Shown here: piece after piece, positions 29,576-37,602 of the stretch | Layout of the letters: each line of letters starts with the position of its first letter | Numbering within the stretch: position 1 is the stretch's first letter | Program-made: the position numbers and the translations under genes | Notes under the pieces: generated by a model | What the model saw: the letters and a program-made list of their open reading frames with translations, nothing else | What the model was told of the DNA's origin: nothing | Databases searched by the model: none | DNA from: an uncultured Bacillota bacterium | Lineage (GTDB): Bacteria > Sysuimicrobiota > Sysuimicrobiia > Sysuimicrobiales > Segetimicrobiaceae | Assembly (NCBI GenBank): GCA_963804645.1 | Contig: CAWDRG010000011.1 | Coordinates: 96,001-160,000, forward strand | Direction of reading: 5' to 3' | Length of the DNA stretch: 64,000 nt

Positions 29576-30944
29576 GAGCTAAAGTCGAGAGGTGTGGAAA
29601 TTCAAGTGGCGTACCCTTTCCGAGATCCACCCACATCGGAACCTCCCTTGCCGGGGAGGGGAAAGGAGTACGCCAGTGTCAGCATATCAGCCACAACGGG
29701 GGTTGGACAAGGAGGAAGTCCGCTCGACTTTGGACGTGCTCGCGCGTGAAGGCGCGCAGCGCATGCTGATTGGCGCCTTGGAGCAAGAAGTCGAGGAGTT
29801 CCTCGGCCGGGCTCGCTATGAGCGTGGCGGGGCTCGACGGCGTGGGTACCGGAACGGCGCGGGGAAGCCGCGCAAGATCGCGGTCGGCTGCGGGACGCTC
29901 GAGGTCCGCCCACCGCGGGTACGGGACACTGAGGAGGGGTTTCAGTCCCAGCTGCTGCCGCGGTATCAGCGGTCGAGCAATGCGGTCCGGGCGTTGCTGC
30001 CGGAGCTCTACCTGCAAGGCTTGGCCACTGGCGACTTTGAGCCGGCCCTCCGCACCTTGCTCGGGGAGGCCGCGCCCCTGAGTCAGACGTCGATCGTCCG
30101 CTTGAAGGCGAGCTGGCAGGCCGAATACGACACCTGGGCCCACCGCCGGCTGGCCGCCCGCTACGTCTATTGTTGGGCCGACGGCCTCTACTTAAAGGCG
30201 GGGCCCGCCGATGAGAAGACGGCCGTGCTGATCATCATCGGGGTGACGGAAGACGGCCACAAAGAGCTTCTCACGATGATCGAAGGCTACCGTGAATCCC
30301 GTGAGAGCTGGCGGGATGTATTGCGGGACCTGCGCCGGCGTGGCCTCAAAGACGTCCGGGTGTTCACCGGGGACGGCGGTCTCGGGCTCTGGGCCGCGGT
30401 TGGCGAAGTCTATCCAGAGGCGCGGCAGCAGCTGTGCTGGTGCCACAAGATGCTCAACGTGTTGGACAAGCTGCCGCAGCGCCTCCAGCCGGAGGCGCGG
30501 ACCTTGATGCGCGACGTTTACACCGCGCCCACGCGCGAGGAGGCCGACGCCCGGATCAAGAAATTCGCGCTGCGGTTCGAGCGGGACTATCCGCGCGCGG
30601 TGGCATCCCTCACCGATCACCAGGCCGAGTTGCTTACGTACTACGATTTCCCGCGGGAGCACTGGAAGAGTCTCCGGACGTCCAACCCGATCGAATCGGT
30701 CTTTGATCCGGTGCGCCTGCGAACGCGCGCGACACGCCGGATGCGCAGAGCACAAACTGGACTGCATCTGGTCTTCCAATTAATCCGTCGGGCAGAGCAG
30801 CGATGGCGTCGAATCGACGCACCGCACTTGGTCGCCAAGGTGCTTGAGGGTGTTCAGTTCGTCGATGGTGTGGAAGTGCTTGCGTCAGCGAAGAAAAGGA
30901 AGGGCGCCGCTTGATGCAATTTCCACACCTCTTGACTTTAGCTC
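29576..30944 (+). mobile_element. IS256-family insertion sequence
   Basis: 27-bp IRs (29576-29602 / 30918-30944, 26/27 match); 8-bp TSD GAAAGGCC (29568-75, 30945-52). Confidence 0.95.
29676..30914 (+). CDS. IS256 family (mutator-type) transposase, apparently intact
   Basis: YRNG, PRVRD, WADG, GDGGLG, QLCWCH, TSNPIES; GTG after AAGGAG. Confidence 0.93.
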   Translation: MSAYQPQRGLDKEEVRSTLDVLAREGAQRMLIGALEQEVEEFLGRARYERGGARRRGYRNGAGKPRKIAVGCGTLEVRPPRVRDTEEGFQSQLLPRYQRSSNAVRALLPELYLQGLATGDFEPALRTLLGEAAPLSQTSIVRLKASWQAEYDTWAHRRLAARYVYCWADGLYLKAGPADEKTAVLIIIGVTEDGHKELLTMIEGYRESRESWRDVLRDLRRRGLKDVRVFTGDGGLGLWAAVGEVYPEARQQLCWCHKMLNVLDKLPQRLQPEARTLMRDVYTAPTREEADARIKKFALRFERDYPRAVASLTDHQAELLTYYDFPREHWKSLRTSNPIESVFDPVRLRTRATRRMRRAQTGLHLVFQLIRRAEQRWRRIDAPHLVAKVLEGVQFVDGVEVLASAKKRKGAA

Positions 30945-31522
30945 GAAAGGCCGCAGCTGTGAGACTTCCACTCCAATCGGTTCCGGTGATCGCTGTGGTT
31001 AACGGCGCTCCGGCCGCTGCGCCGAACCCGCAGCCCGCTGCGGTCGCAGCGGCGCAGTCGACGTCGCCCGCGAAGGCCGGTACGGGCCCCATCGCAAGCA
31101 AACAAAGCGACACACACGCAATACCGATGTAGATCGCCGGGATGTGGCCCAGGTGTGCGAACATAGACCTCAAGGCGACAGCGAACCTTCCCGCCTCATG
31201 ACTATTGCGGTACATGCGCCCGGACATGACGACCTCCTTCGCGGCCCTCGCCGAATCGCAGGGAGTTCCACTCCCGGGCGAGTGGCTGCATGTGCGATAG
31301 CCGCACGAGTACGGCATCAACCGTGGTCGAGTTCACGTGACATGTCAACCCTCGCTAACCTTGCACGCAGGTGATGCCGTCCAACGCGTTGGTGGGCGTT
31401 ACCCGCGATGCGCTACCGCACCACAAGCCATGGTCGCAGACACCCCAAGATCGCCCCTTTGTGCGGCCTCGCGTTTCGTTTTTCACCTCGACTATTTAGC
31501 TCTTTTGCGCCAGCTCCTTCGT

Positions 31523-32470
31523 TCATGCGAAGGCTTTACGCGGCTCAGTAGGTATGGCGAACAGCAGGTCGCTCATATTCTTCCGTTGATCTGACCAATA
31601 TTCCAGCCGCAGCCGTTCAGTCGCTCCGGCTCGGCGGTGTGCCCGCCGAAGGTCGGCGCCCACGAGACTGCTATACCGGAGCGTGGTCGTGAGGCTCTCG
31701 TGGCCAAGGAGCCGCCGTACCTCGTCGAGACCGGCGCCGCTCCGCAGCCAGCTCGTCGCGGCGAAGTGGCGCAAGGCGTGCGGGTGAGGCGCCTATTCGC
31801 CGGCAGACCGGCCTTGGTGCTCAGCCGATGGAGCACCTGGACGAGGTGACGATACTTCAGCGGCCGGCCCGCGCGGTCGCAGAATAGGAACGCCTCGGAC
31901 GACGGCGCCGGGTGACGTGCGAGCCACGCCTTGAGGGCCCGCGCCGTTGTGGGGCCGACGAACGCCACCCGATCCTTCCGGCCCTTACCGGCACGCACGA
32001 ACAGACCGCGGTCCGCCGGCCGCCAGTCCTCGACCAAGAGGTGCAGGACCTCATTCGCTCGCAGGCCGCTGTCGGCGAGCACGAGTAACAGGGTGCGGTT
32101 GCGCGCACCCTCCAGCGTCTCCGGGCAAACGGCGAGCACGGTCCGCAGCTCGTCTTCGGTGGGAACGTCCGGCAGCGTCTTCGGGGTGCGCATCGTAAAC
32201 CCACGCAGCGGTGTCTCAGCAAGGGCGCCCGTCTCGACACACCAGCGAAAGAACGTCTTGAGCGTGCGATACGCTTGGTGCTGGTGAGACGCGCTGCGCT
32301 GCTGCAGGCCCACGAAGAACGTGCGCAACCCAAGCGGCGTCACCTCGGGGACCTCGGCCGTGAGGCGCCTAACCCACCATCCGTAAATCCGCATCGTCGC
32401 GGCCGTGCAGCCAGCGACACGCTTGGTCACTAGGAACGCCTCCGCAGCGTCCGCGAGCGGGTGAGCATTG
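31523..32470 (-). pseudogene. Tyrosine recombinase/integrase (Xer-like), frameshifted
   Basis: DSGLRANE, GKGRKDR; 1-nt deletion near 31787 before HPHALRH; LGH and TTLRY in the next frame; no clean start for the N-terminal LADAAEAFL segment. Confidence 0.85.
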
Positions 32471-32541
32471 GCTTTTCGGCGGGTTCCAACGAGGTCGAAG
32501 CGTCGGAAACGCTTGCTACACGCCCCGTCCTCCAGCCTGAG

Positions 32542-33352
32542 GTCGGGTAGCAGGGTGGCGCGCCGGTCAGGTTACCGTTAAGGAGCCTGACCACGGTTCC
32601 ACCCCGCCCCCTATCAACCGGATAGCGGGTTTTCCCCAATCCGGCTGGAAGAGCACGCGCTCAGTTGCAGCGTTCCCGATCCTTCCCAGCCTGTACCTGG
32701 GGAGCGATTGGTTTGCTGCAGCCTACAGCGTCGGTCCGGATCTTGGCGGTAGCCCGAGCGCGTTATCAGCACCCGCACCCTCTCCTTCTCCAACGCTGGC
32801 CTGCTCCCAGAGGCCCTTTGCTCCCGCTCCTTGTTATCGGAGCGATCATCGCTCCTACGGCCTCATGCGCCAGACTCTCCCCCACCAGTGAACTTCCCGA
32901 GTGAAGTCGGTTATATCACTGGCCTCACGGGTGAGAGCCCTTCCCCGCTTTGACCATCCACCCTTTGGATGTTGCCGCCACCCCTACGCCGGAGGGCTGG
33001 TTGCGTGCACACGCCCAGCTTCTTCCGCAACCACACTGGCCTTCGTCCCCTATGTAGAAACTTGGCACCCTCATTCCCACTGTGGCGCTGAGCACTCCGT
33101 TACCGGAGCTCTGAGTGGGCCTGAATAACGACGCTGCAGTGTTCACTTCATGTTGCGGCCCCATCCATCGCTCGTCTCCTGGGCCACCGACCTCGGCCTT
33201 TATATCTCTGCCGGGCCGCCGAGACTTGTACGTCCGGGCTTCCGTCTCGCGAGTCACCTCCTTCGAGACGCCGGACAACACTACCGCGGCAAGTTGGGCG
33301 ACTCCGCGGGTCGGACTCTCACCGACTGAGTGTATGGCTTTACGGGCTGCAC
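32542..33352 (-). ncRNA. ORF-less group II intron (~811 nt)
   Basis: 5' GTGCAG; domain V CAGCCGGATTGGGGAAAACCCGCTATCCGGTTG (32615-47) with AGC triad; domain VI with bulged A (32548); 3' end CCCGAC; EBS1 ACATAGG matches the 5' exon. Confidence 0.85.
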
Positions 33353-33416
33353 ACATAGGTAACAGGTTGTACCGGACACATGGGTAACACTTCCTCCCCT
33401 AAAGGGGGGGACGCGG

Positions 33417-34368
33417 ATGCCCTGGAGGGAGTGTTCGGTGATGGACGAACGAATGCAGTTTGTCGCGCGGCGACTCGCCGGTGAGTCGATGGCGGAACTG
33501 TGCCGAGAGTTTGGGATTTCCCGCAAGACCGGTTACAAGCTCTTCGATCGGTATCAGGAATGCGGCATCCACGGGCTCACGGACCGCAGCCGGCGTCCGT
33601 ATCGCTACGCCAACCAACTGCCCGTTCAAGTCGAGAACTACATCCTCACTGTGAAGCGCGAACACGCCAGCTGGGGGGCGCGGAAGATCCGCGAGCGCTT
33701 GACGCGCCGGTTCGCAGGGATTCCCATCCCCGCGAAGAGCACGATCCATGCGGTGCTGGATCGCCACGGCCTGGTGGAGCGTCGGCCTCCCGGCCAACAT
33801 CCGCAGCGACAACGGCGTCCCGTTCGCGTCCGCGCACGCCCTCTTCAACTTGAGCCGACTGGCGGTCTGGTGGGTACGCCTCGGCATTGGCATCGAACGC
33901 ATCCAGCCCGGCCATCCCCAGCAGAACGGCCGTCATGAACGGATGCACCTCACGTTGAAGAAAGAAGCCACCAAGCCCGCCGCGGCCAATCTCCTGCAGC
34001 AGCAGGCCCGGTTTGACAAATTTATCGACACCTTCAACAACGAACGCCCGCACGAAGCCCTGGACATGCAGTGTCCGGCGCAAGTCTACCGCCCTTCCCC
34101 ACGTCCCTACACGGGCTTGCCGGAGATCGATTATCCGCTCCACGACAAGACCGTCGTGGTCACGCAGTGCGGTCGCATCTGTCTAGGCAACCATAAGATC
34201 AACTTCAGCCAAGTCTTCGCGGGACAAGCCGTCGGCATCAAAGAAGTGTATGATGACATCTGGCTGGTCAGCTTTATGGATGATGACTTGGGGTACTTTG
34301 ATCTGGAGACACGAGTGCTCGAACCGCTCGAAAATCCGTTCGGCCCGAAAGTGTTACCCATGTCTTAG
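33417..34368 (+). pseudogene. IS481-family transposase with internal deletion and frameshift
   Basis: MPWRE..HTH..WGARKI..STIHAVL jumps near 33783 to another frame (IRSDNG..PQQNGRHERMH..NNERPH); segment with the first DDE Asp is missing. Confidence 0.88.
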
Positions 34369-34371
34369 GTA

Positions 34372-35863
34372 CAGCGCCACTAAGATAATTTGACATGGAC
34401 GTCGAATAGGCCCCTCGCACGGGTTCGATCGCAGCCATCGTCGCAGCAACAATCGCAGCAGCGAGGTGAGCTTCCATGGCCGCAGCGTCCGCCACGCCGC
34501 CCGCCGTGCCCTCGGTCAATCTGGCTCAAATCATCAAGCTCCTGCACACGCATCTCACGGCAGCCTTATGTAACACGGTGTTCCAGCGGGTCCGGAATCG
34601 GGAACGCCAACGCCGCTGGTCTTTGGCCGCCCTGGCTCAGTTTTGGCTCACCGTGCTCCTCACGGGCCCCCGTTCGCTGACCCAGGCGTTGCGAGAAACG
34701 GGCATCATGTTCCCCCACCTGGGGCCGGCGGCGCGCACCTCTCCGGAGGCCTTTTTCCAACGCGCCGAGCGGCTGCGGCCCGACTTCTTCCGCGTCCTTT
34801 ACGACGAGTATGTCGCGCACCTGGTGCCGGAGGCCCGCACGACCTACGCCGCCGCCGTGGCGGGGGTGCGCGAGCGCTTCTCCGAGGTCTGGATCCTGGA
34901 CGGCACGCGCCTGGATGCGGTGGCCCATCGGCTCAAGCTCACCTGGGATGTCCGCTCGCCGTTGTTGCCGGGGTGCCTGCTGGTGTGCTACGACCTGTTC
35001 CGCGGCTTCCCCCGGCGCCTCTCGTTCTGCGCCGATGCCGGCCGGAGCGAACTGCAACACGCGCTCGAGCAGCTCCCCACCATTCCCCAAGAGACGCTGC
35101 TCATTGCGGATCGACTGTTTGCCTCGGTCAAGCTGGTGGCGGCACTCACGCACGGGAAGGGATGGCTCCTCTGCCGCCGGAATCGTCGGCTCACCCTGCG
35201 CCATCAGCGCTGGCTGCGCCGCGGCCAGTTCAAGGGCGGCACGCTGATGGAGCGCCTCGTCCTCGTCGGGTCGGGGCAAGGCACCCCGCCCCAGCTGATG
35301 CGGCAGATCCGCTATACCCAACATCGACTGACCATTGATCTCTTGACGTCGGTGCTGGACCCTCGGCGCCTCCCCGCAAAAGACGCGCTGGCATGTTACC
35401 GATTGCGCTGGCAAGTGGAACGGCTGTTTTCGGATCTCAAGGGCGTGCTGGATCTCCATCACTTCTACCTCGCCAGCCCGCGCGGGGTGGCCCAACAAGT
35501 CTATGTCGCGGCCATGGTGTATGCCGCGATGCGCGTGGCGCAAGCCCGCATTGCCGGGGAGCATGACCTGACGCCGGAGGAGTTGTCGCCCACCAAGCTC
35601 TTCCCGCGCCTTGCCCGGGCCTCGCTCACCTTCGTGCTCGGGGACCTGCATTTTGAGGCGACGCAACAGGTGAATCCCCGCGTGCGTTTAATCAAGCCGG
35701 ATTGGTCGGAGCTCCCTCCCATGCAGGTCGCGCTGCCGGATCTCCTCGTCGAACCTCGTCGCGGCAAACGCCGCAAGCGTCGGTTCTGCGCGAGCCGGCA
35801 CCGGTGGAAATCGTTCGCGCATGTGCGCGGCGCACGTAAGTTCGAATTATGTTAGCGGCGATG
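34372..35863 (+). mobile_element. IS4-family insertion sequence
   Basis: IRs CAGCGCCACTAAGATAATT / CATCGCCGCTAACATAATT (16/19); 11-bp TSD TGTCTTAGGTA (34361-71, 35864-74). Confidence 0.92.
34476..35855 (+). CDS. IS4 family transposase
   Basis: ILDGT, IADRLF, YRLRWQVERLFSDLK (YREK motif). Confidence 0.92.
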   Translation: MAAASATPPAVPSVNLAQIIKLLHTHLTAALCNTVFQRVRNRERQRRWSLAALAQFWLTVLLTGPRSLTQALRETGIMFPHLGPAARTSPEAFFQRAERLRPDFFRVLYDEYVAHLVPEARTTYAAAVAGVRERFSEVWILDGTRLDAVAHRLKLTWDVRSPLLPGCLLVCYDLFRGFPRRLSFCADAGRSELQHALEQLPTIPQETLLIADRLFASVKLVAALTHGKGWLLCRRNRRLTLRHQRWLRRGQFKGGTLMERLVLVGSGQGTPPQLMRQIRYTQHRLTIDLLTSVLDPRRLPAKDALACYRLRWQVERLFSDLKGVLDLHHFYLASPRGVAQQVYVAAMVYAAMRVAQARIAGEHDLTPEELSPTKLFPRLARASLTFVLGDLHFEATQQVNPRVRLIKPDWSELPPMQVALPDLLVEPRRGKRRKRRFCASRHRWKSFAHVRGARKFELC

Positions 35864-35914
35864 TGTCTTAGGTACGAACTGTCACCTATGTCTCCGGGTT
35901 GGACCCGTAAGGAC

Positions 35915-35990
35915 TGGCGCGCCCGGAAGGATTTGAACCTCCGACCCGCTGCTTCGAAGGCAGCTGCTCTATCCCCTGAGCTACGGGCGC
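35915..35990 (-). tRNA. tRNA-Arg, anticodon TCG
   Basis: 76-nt cloverleaf GCGCCCG..GCTGC-CTTCGAA-GCAGC..GGAGG-TTCAAAT-CCTTC-CGGGCGC-G-CCA. Confidence 0.95.
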
Positions 35991-36299
35991 CCGACGTCGA
36001 GAGCGTAACACGGGACCTTAATTGAAACAAGGCCGAACGAAGCGCCCCGGCGGTGCGCCGCCAAGATCACCGTGTCACGGCGGATGAGCTACTCTCAGGG
36101 TTCACCGCTCCATGCCCGAATCTCGATCCAATGTCTGAGCGCTCACGGCACGCCGGACTCGGGCCGACGCACCCGCACCGGTCGCCGCCGCGCGTCGGGC
36201 ATGCGTCGTCCGGGATGGCGATCCGGAGGCGCATCGCAGGATTCTCAGTAACGTTGGTGTATGTTCCGCGGGGAAACTTGTCAGCGACGGGGTGAAACC

Positions 36300-37583
36300 A
36301 TGATGAGAACAGTGATGAAGTTCGGTGCCGCGGCGACGGCACTCGTGATGGCGCTCACCTGCGGCACGGGCGTGGCGCAAACGCTGGGATCAGACGTAAA
36401 CCTGACCGTCAAGTACGGCGTGCTCGTCTCCCTGACGGGCACGAGCGGGGCATCGGGGCAGCTCTGGAATCAGGCCACAATCGTGGGCGTCGCCTACATC
36501 AACAAGACCCTGGCGCAGATGGGGCTGGGAAGCCACATCAACGCCCAGTTGGTCGACTCCCAGGACAGCCAGAGCGACGCGGCCTCGGGCGTGGAAGCGG
36601 CTCGGAAGCTCGTGTCCATCGATAACGTCAACGTGGTCATGGGGGACATCCTGAGCTCCGTGACAGCCGCCGTGGCGACGTCGGTCACCATCCCCGACCA
36701 TGTCGTGGAGTTCACGGGGGGCACCGCGACCTCGCTGCCCCAGATTAACCCGAAGGGGATCCCTCCCCTGCTCTATCAGCCGCCGGCTTCCAACGCTTTA
36801 GAGGGCGCCGTCCTCTCGCAGATCATCGCCGCCGCGCTCGGTAGGAAAGCGGCCATCAACGTGGCCGCGGAAAACGACGCCTACGGCGCGGGGTTGGCCG
36901 CCGACTTCAAGACCGCGTGGACGGCGGGCGGCGGAACCATTCCCGAATACGTTCTGTACAACGAGAACCAGCCGACCCTGGATACCGCCGCGCAGCAACT
37001 GGTGCAGGGCTCCCCCACTGGGTGGCTGATCATTGACTTTTGTACCAACCTGCCCAAGCTGACCGATCCCCTGCAGCGGACCGGCCAGTGGAACCCGCAG
37101 AAGACGTTCGGTGGTGACACCCTGTCCGACTGCAAATCGCAGGGCCAACGGGCGATCCCGGGCATGCGCGTGGCGAAGCCGTACGTCGGCGGCGGCAGCA
37201 CCCTGCCTCAATACCAGGCGTACTACCAGCAGACAGCCAAGGGCGGCGGCACATTCCAAGGGTGGACCGCGGAGGCGTTCGACAGCGTGATCGTGTCGTT
37301 TCTTGCCGCGCTCGAGGCGAGGTCCTCGGACCCCGCCAAGTTCGCACAGTACATTGTCCCGCTGACCAATGCCCCCGGCACCAAGTACACGTTCGTCCAG
37401 CTCGATAAGGCAATCACGGCGATTTTGAAGGGCGAGAAAGTACAGTACGAAGGGGTGTCGGGCCCGCTGAACTTCCTCAGCAACGGGGCCACGGGCGCGC
37501 CCGCATTTCAGATTTTCGAGATTCAGCCTGACGGCACCAGCCGCGTCGTCAAGGAGATGATCGTCAAGGCCCCGGCACCCTAG
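36300..37583 (+). CDS. Branched-chain amino acid-type ABC substrate-binding protein (LivJ/K family)
   Basis: Signal peptide, YGVLVSLTG, DSQSD, NDAYGAG, YEGVSGPLNF. Confidence 0.88.
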   Translation: MMRTVMKFGAAATALVMALTCGTGVAQTLGSDVNLTVKYGVLVSLTGTSGASGQLWNQATIVGVAYINKTLAQMGLGSHINAQLVDSQDSQSDAASGVEAARKLVSIDNVNVVMGDILSSVTAAVATSVTIPDHVVEFTGGTATSLPQINPKGIPPLLYQPPASNALEGAVLSQIIAAALGRKAAINVAAENDAYGAGLAADFKTAWTAGGGTIPEYVLYNENQPTLDTAAQQLVQGSPTGWLIIDFCTNLPKLTDPLQRTGQWNPQKTFGGDTLSDCKSQGQRAIPGMRVAKPYVGGGSTLPQYQAYYQQTAKGGGTFQGWTAEAFDSVIVSFLAALEARSSDPAKFAQYIVPLTNAPGTKYTFVQLDKAITAILKGEKVQYEGVSGPLNFLSNGATGAPAFQIFEIQPDGTSRVVKEMIVKAPAP

Positions 37584-37602
37584 GTTCCGAGGCCGAGCCA
37601 CT

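Larger units (their letters stand above)
28999..31227 (-). pseudogene. PEP-CTERM exported protein gene interrupted by IS256
   Basis: AAGGAGG RBS + ATG 31227 and signal-like segment. Removing the IS and one TSD restores one frame (..TAAAF-LNNGIY..). C-terminal PEPSSLVLLG..FRFRTRR. Confidence 0.85.
32531..35903 (+). mobile_element. Defective IS481-family element with both ends interrupted
   Basis: Each end has two 12-bp repeats 25 bp apart (ACATAGGTAACA/ACATGGGTAACA left; TGTTACCCATGT/TGTCACCTATGT right) in inverted orientation; exact termini uncertain. Confidence 0.8.
25845..35990. mobile_element. Decayed tRNA-Arg-integrated genomic island (~10 kb)
   Basis: Flanking att repeats, tyrosine integrase remnants, several IS elements, AT-richer composition. 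Confidence 0.8.

Noticed and set aside
33353..33354. Intron 5' end at GTGTG (33354), matching the GUGYG consensus
   Set aside because: EBS1/IBS1 pairing and reconstruction of the IS481 repeat both assign these two bases to the exon, placing the boundary at 33352
32665..33387. Short ORFs on both strands (75-143 aa)
   Set aside because: No RT or other recognisable motifs; they overlap the group II intron RNA structure
35829..35857. dif/Xer-like or attC-like site (CGTAA-GTTCGAA-TTATGTTAG)
   Set aside because: 7-nt spacer, weak arms, and explained by the IS4 transposase end and right inverted repeat
33353..35891. Short repeats as a CRISPR array
   Set aside because: Only two 12-bp copies per end, inverted between ends, no spacers and no cas genes; these are transposon end repeats
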